Shown: one piece after another, positions 1-13,227 of the stretch | How positions within the stretch are numbered: the stretch's first letter is position 1 | Layout: each line of letters starts with the position of its first letter | Notes under the pieces: generated by a model | The model's database searches: none | The model's input: only the letters and a program-made list of their open reading frames with translations | Told to the model about the DNA's origin: nothing | Translations under genes and position numbers: made by a program | Assembly: GCA_964460615.1 (NCBI GenBank) | Contig: CAYWPX010000007.1 | Span: forward strand, 4,313 to 68,312 | Length of the DNA stretch: 64,000 nucleotides | Direction of reading: 5' to 3' | Source of the DNA: an uncultured Planctomycetia bacterium | GTDB taxonomy: Bacteria > Omnitrophota > Gorgyraeia > CAYWPX01

Positions 1-1797
1 TTCTAAAGCCTCTTTGGCGAGATTATTTGCTGGATCTATTTCAATTGCCCTCTTAAAAGATTCCCTGGCCTTAGTTATGTCCTTACTCGTTTCATAAACA
101 TAGCCCAAATTATAGAAGGCATTCGAATTGTTAGTTGACTCAGCAATAGATCTAAATCTTTTTATTGCCTCATCAAGCCTATCGGACTTAAAATAAAGAT
201 TGGCGAGATTATTTTCTGCCTCAAGAAAACCACTTTTAATTTCCAAAGATCTTTTATAACAATCTTCGGCTTCCTTAATATCGCCTTTTTCCTGGTAGGC
301 AAGCCCTAAGGCATTATATGCAAAGGCATCCTTTGGGTTATATTTTATTGAGTCCTTAAGTAAGTCGATCGCCCTATCAAAGTCCTTTGTCTTAAGGTAA
401 ATTGCCCCCAGGTTCATAAGAGCATTTGAAAACTCAGGTTTAAGCTCTATGGCCTTTTTGTAATTATAAATTGCCCCTTCAAAATCATGTTTTGCCCCCA
501 ATACGGTCGCCAGATTAAAATACGTCCTTGGGTCATCCTTTACATATTTTAGGGTAGACCTATAAATAGACTCATCATTTTTCCAGTCCGAATTGCGCGA
601 AAAAGTCAAAAAACATAATCCTAAAACAACAAATGTGGCTACACCCAAAAATATGCCTTTAGAATTCCTTCTATCGGTAATCATGAGCCTTGAGGCCCAT
701 AATACGATAAAAGAGATCAAGCCCATACTGGGTATATACAACCAATGCTCAGCCATAGAGGCATTTATGGGAAATATATTTAATTGCGGCAAAAGTGTCA
801 GAAGGAACCAAAGGATAAAAAATCTTCCAAGTTTATCTTTTCTTGTAATTCTCATAACCAAAATCATAAGAAGCGCAATAAATATCATCGGAACATAGAA
901 ATTAGCATCAAATACCGAAGATACTCTTACAAACGCCCTTTGCATATGAAGACCGACCGGAAAGAAAAAAACCTTAAGATATTGAATAAAAACATACGGG
1001 ACCGAAAGAATTCTTTCTAGAATTGTTGCCTTGATCCTGAATATATCATCGGCTGTCTTAAAATTAAAAACAACCAATCTTAAAAAAACATAACTAAAAA
1101 ATATTGCCAGATAATAGATATAAGGCTTGAATAATGTTACATTATCTTTAACAATTTTTTCTTTTTGGAAATTAATGTCATAAAGAAATATCAATAGCAA
1201 AGCTACTAAAGCCATCTCTTTGGATAAAAGCGCCGCTATAAAGGCAAAGGCGCTCACCAGGACAAATTTATTCGTTTTGGTCAACCTGTATTTTATATGA
1301 GCGATAACCATCAAAAGGATAAAAATAGCCGCTAATATCTCTGCCCTTCCGGAAATATAGGATACCGATTCGGTCTGAATAGGATGTACTGAAAAAATAA
1401 GGCTTATCAAAAATGCCAGGCCAAGACCCACCCCAAGTATTCTTAATAATAATAGTAATAAGACCGCTGACAAAAAATGAAGGATCAAATTCGTAAGATG
1501 ATATCCGAATGAATTTAATTTCCAAATCTGAAAATCAATAAGATATGTAAGCGACTGGATCGGCCTATAAAAGTCGGAATGGCGGATGGAAAATTTGTCA
1601 GCGCAATAAGAAAAAAGATCCGTTGAGAAGATCTTCGGTATATTAGAAAATGACTTAACATGATCATTATGAACAACCAGATAATGGTCATCCCAGACAA
1701 AATTATTGGTTAAAGAGGCGCAGTAAAGACCAAGGAGTATTAAAAATAATAAAAATATAAAAAATCTTGGTTTAGTCAATTTTATCCTGTTCAGCAA
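1..1797 (-). CDS. Partial membrane protein with N-terminal PMT_2/DUF1736-like multi-TM domain and C-terminal TPR repeats. The 3' end lies beyond the window edge. Putative TTG start near 1797.
   Basis: Manual translation of the minus strand gives one continuous open frame from position 3 to ~1797. The N-terminus reads VWDDHYLVVHNDHVKSFSNIPKIFST...FYRPIQSLTYLIDFQIWKLNSFGYHLTNLILH, then multiple hydrophobic TM segments, then TPR repeats (...AIYNYKKAIELKPEF...NALGLAYQEKGDIKEAEDCYKRSLEIK...AIEIDPANNLAKEALE). An in-frame stop sits at 1801-1803. There is no ATG. It is absent from the ORF track because it has no stop within the window. The track ORFs 1268..1525 and 1515..1700 are out-of-frame artefacts inside it. 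Confidence 0.6.
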   Translation of the reverse strand, partial: MLNRIKLTKPRFFIFLLFLILLGLYCASLTNNFVWDDHYLVVHNDHVKSFSNIPKIFSTDLFSYCADKFSIRHSDFYRPIQSLTYLIDFQIWKLNSFGYHLTNLILHFLSAVLLLLLLRILGVGLGLAFLISLIFSVHPIQTESVSYISGRAEILAAIFILLMVIAHIKYRLTKTNKFVLVSAFAFIAALLSKEMALVALLLIFLYDINFQKEKIVKDNVTLFKPYIYYLAIFFSYVFLRLVVFNFKTADDIFRIKATILERILSVPYVFIQYLKVFFFPVGLHMQRAFVRVSSVFDANFYVPMIFIALLMILVMRITRKDKLGRFFILWFLLTLLPQLNIFPINASMAEHWLYIPSMGLISFIVLWASRLMITDRRNSKGIFLGVATFVVLGLCFLTFSRNSDWKNDESIYRSTLKYVKDDPRTYFNLATVLGAKHDFEGAIYNYKKAIELKPEFSNALMNLGAIYLKTKDFDRAIDLLKDSIKYNPKDAFAYNALGLAYQEKGDIKEAEDCYKRSLEIKSGFLEAENNLANLYFKSDRLDEAIKRFRSIAESTNNSNAFYNLGYVYETSKDITKARESFKRAIEIDPANNLAKEALE

Positions 1798-1821
1798 AAC
1801 TTAAGATTTTAAGCACACCGG

Positions 1822-4826
<3,005 letters not shown>

Positions 4827-4899
4827 ATAAAACTCTCGATTCTTAGGTTTTAAACCAATTAAAATCTTTGCTGCCTGAAGCCTGAGGCTTGCGGCGTTT

Positions 4900-5721
4900 T
4901 TATATTAAGTTCTTTTTTACAAACTCTATTCCATTTTGAAAAATTTTAAAACCATCCCCAAAAGGTTTTTTTTCAAGTCTTGTCCAACGAGGATGCTGCG
5001 TAAACTGAATATGCCTCTCAGGATGAGGCATCATACCAAGGATCCTTCCGGTCGGATCTGTAATACCGGCTATGTTGAATACAGAGCCGTTGGGATTATG
5101 GGGATATCCGGCCAAGGCCCCGGCTTCATCAACATACTGAAAAACTATCAAATTTCTCTCTTTTAACTTTCTGAGAGCAGATTCATTTTTGGGAATAAAC
5201 TTGCCTTCGCCGTGGGCAACCGGAAGATATATCCTGTCATCAAGATCTTTTGTCCAAACACATTTTGAGTGAAAATCCGTTTTGGGCCCGTTACAATTAA
5301 ATGAATTAAGATATACCCATCTATCTTCAAATTTTGCTGAATCATTCAAAGTTAAAGTGATTTCGGAGTTATCATCATCACCGTAAAAACTTGGAAGTAA
5401 GCCCGCCTTGACAAGTATCTGAAAACCATTACATACACCCAAAAGAAGATTCCCTTCATCGAGAAAGGTCTTAACTTTTGATTTAAGCTTATATCTAAGC
5501 TCGTTTGCAAAAATTTTCCCGCTGGCTATGTCATCGCCATAACTAAACCCTCCCGGCAAAGCAAGGATATGATAATCCATCAGATCAATTTTACCTTTGA
5601 TAATGGAATTGATATGGATATACTCGACTTCGCCCCCGGCCATCTCGAAAGCAAAACCCATCTCGTAGTCACAATTCGTTCCGGCGGTCTTTATAACTAA
5701 TATTTTTGGTTTATTTGACAT
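4900..5721 (-). CDS. purQ: Phosphoribosylformylglycinamidine synthase I (glutaminase subunit)
   Basis: Class I GATase with LLGVCNGFQIL and an HPE triad; sits in the purL-purQ-purF order. Confidence 0.9.
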   Translation of the reverse strand: MSNKPKILVIKTAGTNCDYEMGFAFEMAGGEVEYIHINSIIKGKIDLMDYHILALPGGFSYGDDIASGKIFANELRYKLKSKVKTFLDEGNLLLGVCNGFQILVKAGLLPSFYGDDDNSEITLTLNDSAKFEDRWVYLNSFNCNGPKTDFHSKCVWTKDLDDRIYLPVAHGEGKFIPKNESALRKLKERNLIVFQYVDEAGALAGYPHNPNGSVFNIAGITDPTGRILGMMPHPERHIQFTQHPRWTRLEKKPFGDGFKIFQNGIEFVKKNLI

Positions 5722-5728
5722 AAAATTT

Positions 5729-8635
5729 CTACATATTTCTAAACGGTTTCTGCCAGGCTTCTTTGAGTAAATCTATATCTATATCGATAGCCGGGCTCCC
5801 GTCTAAGCCTTTAATTTTTAACTTTTTATCTTCCTTAAGCTCTCCTAAAAACCCGAATGGCACTCCTTTGATCATCTTCTCAAAAGCCCTTTTATTCTCT
5901 TTTTTGATTTCAACTATAAATCTTGAGTTGGATTCCGAAAAAAGAAGCTTATAGGTCTTGTCAATACTCGTATCTTTGGGCGCATCTTTAAGATCTATAT
6001 CCATTCCTAGATCCCCGCTAAAAGCCATCTCGCTAAGCGCAACGGCCAATCCTCCCTCCGATAGGTCGTGGCAACTCCTTATAATTCCTTTTGAAATAAT
6101 ACCCGAAAGCTTTTCAAAGGTTTTCTTTGCGGTCTTTACATCAACTTTCGGCACATTATTCCCCAAACCGCCATTAAGTTTATTAAAATAAGATCCTCCT
6201 AATTCATCTTTTGTAAGCCCTATGATATAAATAAGATTGCCCGGGGACTTAGCGTCCATCGTTATGGCCTTTGACACATCGCTCATAACCGATACGCATG
6301 AAATTAGTAAAGTGGGAGGAATAGAGATCACTCTATCACCGGCATTATATTCATTATTCAGGCTATCCTTACCGGAAATGAACGGAACACCAAAACCTTT
6401 TGCTATATCATAGCAGGCAACTGACGCCCTGACGAGCTCGCCAAATGTCTCCGCCTTTTCGGTATTACCCCAGCAAAAATTATCAAGTATAGCAGCCTCT
6501 TTCAAATCCCCGCCGACGGATATTACCTGCCTTAAAGCCTCGTCAATGACAGATGCAGCCATCCAATATGGATCTACAAGCCCGAACCTCGGGTTGATCC
6601 CGCAAGAAATAACTACCCCTTTTTTCGAATCCAAAATCGGTTTTATGATTGCGGCATCGCTTGGCCCGTCATTCTTTGCGCCCACTAAAGGCTTAATAAC
6701 GCTTCCTCCCTGTACCTCGTGGTCATATTGGCGGATTATCCACTCTTTACTGGCTACGCTATAATCAGATAATATCCCTAAAAGAGATTTTTTAAGATCC
6801 TTATCATTAACCTTGGGTTCGTCAAACTTTTTTTCTTTCCAAAATGCGGACCTTGCTTTTTTTGGAATACCTTTATGGAGAAACTGCATATTAAGATCAC
6901 AAACCAAGGTATTTTTATAGAATAATTTTAATCTCAGATCATTGGTAAATTCGCCTATTACCACAGCTTCAACATCCTCTGTCTCGAATATCTCCATGAT
7001 CTCTTTTAATTTATCAGGAGGAACGGCTAAAACCATCCTCTCCTGAGCTTCAGAGATCCAGATCTCAGCATAACTGAGGCCTTCGTATTTAAGCGGGACC
7101 TTATCAATATCAACCCTTGCCCCAAGGTCCTCGCCCATCTCGCCGACTGCGCTAGAGAGGCCTCCAGCCCCGCAATCCGTGATAGCCCTGAATAAATTCT
7201 TATCCCGGGCTTTTAATATGGCCTCCGTTACCTTCTTTTCGGTGATGGGGTTCCCTATCTGAACGGACGAGCTTGATACTTTTTCGGAAAGTACAGTAAG
7301 TTCTCCCGAAGAGAACGTCGCCCCGTGTATGCCATCGCGGCCGGTCCTTCCGCCGACAACAACTACCAAGTCGCCGGTATTAACAACTTTTTTTGATTTA
7401 TTTTTCGGGATAATCCCTACTGTGCCGCAAAAAACTAAAGGGTTACCTAAATATCTTTCATCGAATAAAACGGCACCGTTCACCGTGGGGATACCCATCC
7501 TGTTCCCATAATCGCGCACACCGGAGACAACGCCTTTCATTATACGTTTTGGATGCAGAACTCCTTTTGGCAATTTATCAAAAGCGTGATCAGGCTCGGC
7601 GAAACAGAATATATCGGTATTCGCTATCGGCTTAGCCGTACAGCCTGTCCCAAGAATATCCCTTATTACCCCGCCAATGCCCGTTCCCGCTCCGCCATAA
7701 GGCTCAAGGGCTGAAGGATGGTTATGCGTCTCGACCTTAAAACAGATATTAAATTTATTATCAAATTTGATTATCCCGGCATTGTCCTTAAATACAGAAA
7801 CGCAATAGGGCTTACTGAGATCATCCGTAACCTTCATTATCGTCTCTTTCAGAAGATTATTGAAAATCCTTTTTGATTTCGTACCGTTAAAGAGCTCCTC
7901 TTCGTAAGCTACCTGCCCTCTCAATGTCTTATGCGAGCAATGCTCAGACCAGGTCTGGGCTATGGTTTCAAGTTCACAATCCGTAGGGTTCCTTTTAAGT
8001 TTCTTGAAATATTCTTTTATGACAAGCATCTCGTCCAGAGTAAGGTATAACTGGCCGTCTTTGGATATCTTTAGAAGCGCGTCATTAGAAGCATTGATCA
8101 TATCTACCGTGATCAATTTAAAATTATAGGAGATTTTTTCTTCTATATCTTCGTCTTCTTTCACTATGTGCTGGACGACTTTATTATAGAGGAGTTTTTC
8201 AGAAATAAGCTCAAGCTCATCTTTGGAGATCTTGCCTTTGAGGACGAATTTTCTTGAAGTTCTTACGCCGGATACATTCGTTATACCCATGTCTTTAATG
8301 GCCTTCATGGCGCTTTCTTCCACCGGATCCATAACGCCCGGGTTATGCTTTACCTCTATTACGTTGTGTCCCTCGATAGACCTGTCCTTGAATTCGCCAA
8401 AAATATCATAATCCTGCGTAACCTTATCCGTCAGAAGATTTTCCGAGATGAACCTGATATTACCCTCATCGAGGCTGCCAAAAATGTAGTAGATCTGATA
8501 AAAATCAACAGCTTCTATCGTCTTGACTCCAAGTTCTATTATATCTTTTTTTAAGCCTTCGCCCACAGCGTCAAAAAAGCCTTCTTTTTCAAAGACTTCG
8601 ATACGGTATCTTTTGTGATGATTTTTATTTTCCAT
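5729..8635 (-). CDS. purL: Phosphoribosylformylglycinamidine synthase II with two N-terminal PurS-like modules (PurS-PurS-PurL fusion)
   Basis: 968 aa. The AQTWSEHCSHK PurL motif sits at ~residue 235. About 190 extra N-terminal residues resemble two PurS folds (YRIEVFEKEGFFDAVGEGLKKDI... and HNVIEVKHNPGVMDPVEESAMKAIKDMG...). Confidence 0.88.
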   Translation of the reverse strand: MENKNHHKRYRIEVFEKEGFFDAVGEGLKKDIIELGVKTIEAVDFYQIYYIFGSLDEGNIRFISENLLTDKVTQDYDIFGEFKDRSIEGHNVIEVKHNPGVMDPVEESAMKAIKDMGITNVSGVRTSRKFVLKGKISKDELELISEKLLYNKVVQHIVKEDEDIEEKISYNFKLITVDMINASNDALLKISKDGQLYLTLDEMLVIKEYFKKLKRNPTDCELETIAQTWSEHCSHKTLRGQVAYEEELFNGTKSKRIFNNLLKETIMKVTDDLSKPYCVSVFKDNAGIIKFDNKFNICFKVETHNHPSALEPYGGAGTGIGGVIRDILGTGCTAKPIANTDIFCFAEPDHAFDKLPKGVLHPKRIMKGVVSGVRDYGNRMGIPTVNGAVLFDERYLGNPLVFCGTVGIIPKNKSKKVVNTGDLVVVVGGRTGRDGIHGATFSSGELTVLSEKVSSSSVQIGNPITEKKVTEAILKARDKNLFRAITDCGAGGLSSAVGEMGEDLGARVDIDKVPLKYEGLSYAEIWISEAQERMVLAVPPDKLKEIMEIFETEDVEAVVIGEFTNDLRLKLFYKNTLVCDLNMQFLHKGIPKKARSAFWKEKKFDEPKVNDKDLKKSLLGILSDYSVASKEWIIRQYDHEVQGGSVIKPLVGAKNDGPSDAAIIKPILDSKKGVVISCGINPRFGLVDPYWMAASVIDEALRQVISVGGDLKEAAILDNFCWGNTEKAETFGELVRASVACYDIAKGFGVPFISGKDSLNNEYNAGDRVISIPPTLLISCVSVMSDVSKAITMDAKSPGNLIYIIGLTKDELGGSYFNKLNGGLGNNVPKVDVKTAKKTFEKLSGIISKGIIRSCHDLSEGGLAVALSEMAFSGDLGMDIDLKDAPKDTSIDKTYKLLFSESNSRFIVEIKKENKRAFEKMIKGVPFGFLGELKEDKKLKIKGLDGSPAIDIDIDLLKEAWQKPFRNM

Positions 8636-8689
8636 AGTTTCTTTTTTTAACTTTTCCCATGAGCTATGAACTATAAGCTATGAGCTATT

Positions 8690-10270
8690 CTATTCCCACT
8701 CGATAGTACTGGGGGGTTTGGAGCTTATATCAAAAACAACTCTGTTAACGCCTTTGACTTCATTAATGACTCTATTTGAGATAATTCCCAATAATTCATA
8801 CGGAAGCTTTGCCCAATCCGCTGTCATGCCGTCAAGACTTGTAACAGAGCGAAGCGCAATGACATTTTCATAAGTCCTCTCATCGCCCATTATGCCTACT
8901 GATTTTACCGGCAACAGAACGCCAAAAGTCTGCCAGGTCTTTGTGTAATACCCGGCCTTTTTTATCTCATCCATGATTATATAATCGGCTTCTTTAAGGA
9001 TCTTCAGGCGGTCCTTTGTGATCTCGCCTATTATCCTTACTGCAAGCCCCGGCCCCGGAAAAGGCTGTCTATATACCACATCATCGGGAAGCCCGAGTTC
9101 TTTACCGACGATCCTTACCTCATCCTTAAAAAGCTCTCTAAAAGGTTCTATGAGCTTAAGATTCATATTCTTTGGTAACCCGCCGACATTATGATGCGTC
9201 TTGATAGTTACAGATGGACCGCCAAAGCTGGAAACACTTTCTATGACATCAGGATAAAGAGTGCCTTGAGCCAAAAACTTTGCATTTCCGATCTTTTTGG
9301 ATTCTTCTTCGAATATCTTTATGAATTCATTACCGATAATTTTTCGTTTTCTTTCGGGATCAGTAACGCCCTCTAATTTTTTTAAAAATCTCTTTTCAGC
9401 ATCAATATATTTTAGATTTATATCAAACTGCTTAAATGTCTTAACTACCCTCTCCGGTTCGTTAAGCCTTAATACGCCGTTATTTACAAATATGCAGTTT
9501 ACCTGCCTTCCGATGGCTTTAGACAATAATACTGCGAGTACCGAAGAATCTACCCCTCCGCTAAGAGCGCAGATGACCTTATCTTTCCCGACAATTTTCT
9601 TTATAAGCGCGGTGGATTTTTTTATGAAAGATTTCATATTCCATGTCGGATGGCATCCTGCGATCTTAAACAGGAAATTTGAAAGTATCTTTTTGCCTTC
9701 CAGCGTATGTACGACCTCGGGATGGAACTGCACTCCAAAAATATTTCTTTCAAAGTCTCCTATGGCAGCGATGTTTGAATTGGAAGTATGAGCTAAGAGC
9801 TTAAAGTTTTTTGGGAGCTTTGAGATCTTGTCCCCATGGCTCATCCAGACCTGAGTCTCTTTTTTAATCCCTTCGAATAATTTTTCATCTCTATTGATTT
9901 TTAATACCGCAAAACCGTATTCTCTTTTTAGAGATTTTTCAACTACTCCTCCGAGAAACTTTCCGATAAGCTGCATCCCGTAACAGACCCCAAGTACAGG
10001 AACTCCCAGATCAAACACTCTTTTGTCGCAAACCGGAGAGTTACTAGCAGTCAGGCTTGCCGGCCCTCCTGATAAAATAATAGCCTTGGGGCTTTTTGCT
10101 ATTATCTTTTCAAAATCGGTATGACATGGGAGTATTTCGCAGTATACCTTCTCTTCCCTCACGCGACGGGCAATAAGCTGGGTATATTGGGATCCGAAAT
10201 CCAGGATTATGACTTTTTCTGAGTGCTCGTCCTCAAAAATTGACTTAATTATTTTATGCTCTTGTTTCAT
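8690..10270 (-). CDS. guaA: GMP synthase (glutamine-hydrolysing)
   Basis: GATase ([10 protein letters not shown]) plus an ATP-PPase domain (SGGVDSSV). The track ORF extends to 10339 and would overlap carB by 86 nt. The internal ATG at 10270 (MKQEHKII...) leaves a 13-nt spacer after the carB stop and is preferred. Confidence 0.9.
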   Translation of the reverse strand: MKQEHKIIKSIFEDEHSEKVIILDFGSQYTQLIARRVREEKVYCEILPCHTDFEKIIAKSPKAIILSGGPASLTASNSPVCDKRVFDLGVPVLGVCYGMQLIGKFLGGVVEKSLKREYGFAVLKINRDEKLFEGIKKETQVWMSHGDKISKLPKNFKLLAHTSNSNIAAIGDFERNIFGVQFHPEVVHTLEGKKILSNFLFKIAGCHPTWNMKSFIKKSTALIKKIVGKDKVICALSGGVDSSVLAVLLSKAIGRQVNCIFVNNGVLRLNEPERVVKTFKQFDINLKYIDAEKRFLKKLEGVTDPERKRKIIGNEFIKIFEEESKKIGNAKFLAQGTLYPDVIESVSSFGGPSVTIKTHHNVGGLPKNMNLKLIEPFRELFKDEVRIVGKELGLPDDVVYRQPFPGPGLAVRIIGEITKDRLKILKEADYIIMDEIKKAGYYTKTWQTFGVLLPVKSVGIMGDERTYENVIALRSVTSLDGMTADWAKLPYELLGIISNRVINEVKGVNRVVFDISSKPPSTIEWE

Positions 10271-11915
10271 TTTCACTCTCATAGGTGGAATAATAGTATG
10301 GCGTATATGCCTCAAACTCCGCTGCGCAAGTATCCACAAGCTTAAATACAGGTTTTATGCCCATCTTTTTTCTTAAAGACCTTACCTTGTCCTCAGTAGT
10401 ATCGAATATCTTGGCTAACTGCATATCGCTAAAGCCATATACCTTTGCTTTTAGCAATGTTTCCTTCTTTATGGATTTAAATGTTTTTGTTTTAAGCTCT
10501 TCTTCAAAATCAACTATCTCTTTGATGTTGTAAATAAACCACTTATCTATCTTTGTAAGGCCTGCTATATCTTCAACGCTCATCCCAAGCTTAAAGGCCA
10601 TCTTTATATAAAATATCCTCATGTCATTCGGGGTTACAAGTTTTTGCTTTAAAGCTTCATAGTCAATATCCTTAATATTCTTAATATCTTCCAGGCCGGA
10701 TCTTTTGATCTCTAAACCCCTGAGTCCCTTTTGTAAGGCTTCCTTAAAAGTACGCCCTATAGACATGGTCTCTCCGACGGATTTCATAGAAGTAGTGAGC
10801 GTCGGATCGGCGTCTTTAAATTTCTCGAATGTGAATCTCGGTATTTTAACTACACAGTAATCTATTGTCGGCTCAAATGAGGCGGGAGTTTTTTTAGTGA
10901 TATCATTCGGGATTTCATCAAGCGTATAACCTACGGCAAGCTTTGCCGCGATCTTTGCTATAGGAAATCCCGTTGCCTTGGAAGCTAGGGCTGAACTTCT
11001 GGAGACCCTGGGATTCATCTCTATGACAACCATTCTTCCGTTATCAGGATTAAGCCCAAACTGGATATTTGACCCTCCGGTATCTACGCCTATCTCACGA
11101 ATAATCTTAATGGATGCATCGCGCATCTTCTGATATTCTTTATCGGTAAGCGTCTGCTGAGGGGCAACAGTTATAGAATCACCCGTATGCACTCCCATAG
11201 GATCAAAATTTTCTATTGAACAGATAATAACAACATTGTCTTTTTTATCGCGCATTACCTCAAGCTCAAATTCCTTCCATCCTACTACTGATTCTTCAAT
11301 AAGAATTTCACTTATCATGCTCGATTCAAGGCCATGTTTTGCTATTCTTTTGAATTCTTCCATATTGTAGGCTATGCCGCTTCCGGTACCGCCAAGGGTA
11401 AAACTAGGGCGGATAATAAGAGGGCAGCTTATCTCCTCGGCGATCTTTATTGCCTCGTCAAGATTATAGGCAAATGCGCTATTGGGCAGATCCATGCCTA
11501 TTTTTTTCATTGCCTCTTTAAAAAGTTTCCTATCTTCGCCTTTTTTTATCGCTTCTTCATTGGCGCCGATAAGCTCAACATTATGTTTTTTGAGAATTCC
11601 TTTTTCAGCTAGCTCTATAGTTACATTTAGCGCTGTCTGGCCTCCGAGCGTCGGTAATATCGCCTCGGGCTTTTCAACCTCAATAATCTTTTCGATTATT
11701 TCCCATTTTATAGGCTCAATATATATCTTATCAGCCGTATCGGGGTCTGTCATAATAGTGGCAGGATTTGAATTTATCAGCACTACTTCATATCCTTCGC
11801 TTCTAAGCGCCCGGCAGGCCTGCGTACCAGAATAATCAAACTCACAGGCTTGCCCTATAACGATCGGGCCTGAGCCTATTATCAAAATCTTTTTTATATC
11901 AGTTCTCTTTGGCAT
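10254..11915 (-). CDS. carB: Carbamoyl-phosphate synthase large subunit, N-terminal half only (split carB)
   Basis: 553 aa covering the first ATP-grasp and oligomerisation domains. It ends ...[27 protein letters not shown], exactly where full-length CarB continues into its second ATP-grasp half. The next gene downstream is guaA. Confidence 0.85.
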   Translation of the reverse strand: MPKRTDIKKILIIGSGPIVIGQACEFDYSGTQACRALRSEGYEVVLINSNPATIMTDPDTADKIYIEPIKWEIIEKIIEVEKPEAILPTLGGQTALNVTIELAEKGILKKHNVELIGANEEAIKKGEDRKLFKEAMKKIGMDLPNSAFAYNLDEAIKIAEEISCPLIIRPSFTLGGTGSGIAYNMEEFKRIAKHGLESSMISEILIEESVVGWKEFELEVMRDKKDNVVIICSIENFDPMGVHTGDSITVAPQQTLTDKEYQKMRDASIKIIREIGVDTGGSNIQFGLNPDNGRMVVIEMNPRVSRSSALASKATGFPIAKIAAKLAVGYTLDEIPNDITKKTPASFEPTIDYCVVKIPRFTFEKFKDADPTLTTSMKSVGETMSIGRTFKEALQKGLRGLEIKRSGLEDIKNIKDIDYEALKQKLVTPNDMRIFYIKMAFKLGMSVEDIAGLTKIDKWFIYNIKEIVDFEEELKTKTFKSIKKETLLKAKVYGFSDMQLAKIFDTTEDKVRSLRKKMGIKPVFKLVDTCAAEFEAYTPYYYSTYESENETRA

Positions 11916-12001
11916 AATTTAAGTTCGGAGTTGGGAGTTAGGAGCGAAATTTATCTAAAAATAAATTTCAGGAGTTTTTTTGATTTTACTCCAAACTCCT
12001 T

Positions 12002-12023
12002 AAATCTATCTCTAGATAGATTT
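12002..12023. promoter_or_regulatory. Near-perfect 10-bp-arm palindrome AAATCTATCT-CT-AGATAGATTT in the carA-carB spacer
   Basis: Flanked by AGGAGTTTGGA direct repeats and a complementary CTCCTAACTCCCAACTCC tract immediately upstream of the carB start. Confidence 0.45.
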
Positions 12024-12038
12024 AATCCAAACTCCTAA

Positions 12039-13160
12039 CTATTTTGTCCTTTCCATCATTTCAATAAACTTACTAAATAAATGACATGCATCATGCGGAC
12101 CCGGCGAGGCCTCCGGATGATGCTGAACAGAAAAAATAGGCATCTTTTTGTGTGACATGCCCTCAAGCGTATTGTCATTTAGGTTCATGTGAGTAAGTTC
12201 AATATCATTTTTATCTAAAGTATCCAAATCCACGCAAAAACCGTGATTTTGGCTGGTTATATCTATCCTTCCTGATTTCAGGTCCTTTACAGGTTGGTTT
12301 GCTCCCCTATGTCCAAATTTCAATTTAAAGGTCTTGCCTCCCAAGGCAAGGCCCAGCAGCTGATGCCCCAAACATATTCCAAAAATCGGTTTTTTACCTA
12401 AAAGTTTTTTTATTTCGCTTATAGCATATTTAACGGCCTCGGGGTCCCCCGGGCCGTTTGAGAGAAATATCCCATCCGGATTAAGCTTGAATATCTCCTC
12501 TGCCTTGGTATCAGCGGGAACAACCGTTACATCGCATCCTTCAGCCTCAAGCATTCTAAGGATATTCAGCTTCATCCCAAAATCCATAGCTACTACTTTG
12601 AATCTCTTGGTGATGGGTTTCCCGTCTTTTGATTCCCACTTGTAATTTTTTTTGCAGGTAACCTCTTTCACCAGATCTATCCCCACAAGCCCCGGTGATT
12701 TAATAGCTTTTTTTATTAGGCTTTTTGGGTTCAGGTCCTTGGTGGATATACAAGCCTTCATAGCGCCCTTAATTCTGATAAGTTTTGTAATAGCCCTCGT
12801 GTCGACACCTTCGATACCTATGATGTTATTTTTCTTAAGATAATCACCCAAAGTCTGGCTCGAACGCCAATTGGACTTTATCTTCGAATATTCTTTAACA
12901 ACAAAACCCTCTACATGCGGTTTTGTTGACTCGACATCCTCATCATTCACGCCATAATTCCCTATCAACGGATATGTCATAGTAACGATCTGGCCTTTAT
13001 AGGAAGGATCCGTCAAGATCTCCTGATATCCGGTCATGCTCGTATTAAAGACTATCTCTCCGCACTTTTCGCCATCCGCGCCGAAAGATAAGCCCTCAAA
13101 TACCGAACCATCCTCCAGGGCAATGATCGCTTTCTTCTCTTCTTTTATTTTTTTCTTCAT
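12039..13160 (-). CDS. carA: Carbamoyl-phosphate synthase small (glutaminase) subunit
   Basis: CarA N-domain plus GATase (GICLGHQLL); 373 aa. Confidence 0.92.
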   Translation of the reverse strand: MKKKIKEEKKAIIALEDGSVFEGLSFGADGEKCGEIVFNTSMTGYQEILTDPSYKGQIVTMTYPLIGNYGVNDEDVESTKPHVEGFVVKEYSKIKSNWRSSQTLGDYLKKNNIIGIEGVDTRAITKLIRIKGAMKACISTKDLNPKSLIKKAIKSPGLVGIDLVKEVTCKKNYKWESKDGKPITKRFKVVAMDFGMKLNILRMLEAEGCDVTVVPADTKAEEIFKLNPDGIFLSNGPGDPEAVKYAISEIKKLLGKKPIFGICLGHQLLGLALGGKTFKLKFGHRGANQPVKDLKSGRIDITSQNHGFCVDLDTLDKNDIELTHMNLNDNTLEGMSHKKMPIFSVQHHPEASPGPHDACHLFSKFIEMMERTK

Positions 13161-13178
13161 AATTATAAAATTTATATG

Positions 13179-13227
13179 CTGTTTTCTATTTTCTGTTTTC
13201 TGTTATCTGTTTTCTGATTTCTGATTT
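13179..13227. repeat. Seven tandem heptamers CTG(T/A)TTT directly after the AEC-transporter stop, upstream of carA
   Basis: On the mRNA strand (AAAWCAG)x7. Confidence 0.6.

Noticed and set aside
593-1020. Plus-strand track ORFs 593..898 and 784..1020
   Set aside because: Antisense to the continuous PMT_2/TPR reading frame; AT-rich chance ORFs.
1268-1700. Minus-strand track ORFs 1268..1525 and 1515..1700 (85 and 61 aa), which looked like a frameshifted pseudogene
   Set aside because: Manual translation shows a third frame open continuously from 3 to ~1797 with a recognisable PMT_2/TPR protein. The two track ORFs are alternative-frame artefacts inside it, not fragments.
10254-10339. Long N-terminal extension of guaA overlapping the carB 3' end by 86 nt
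   Set aside because: Internal ATG at 10270 gives the canonical GuaA N-terminus and removes the overlap.
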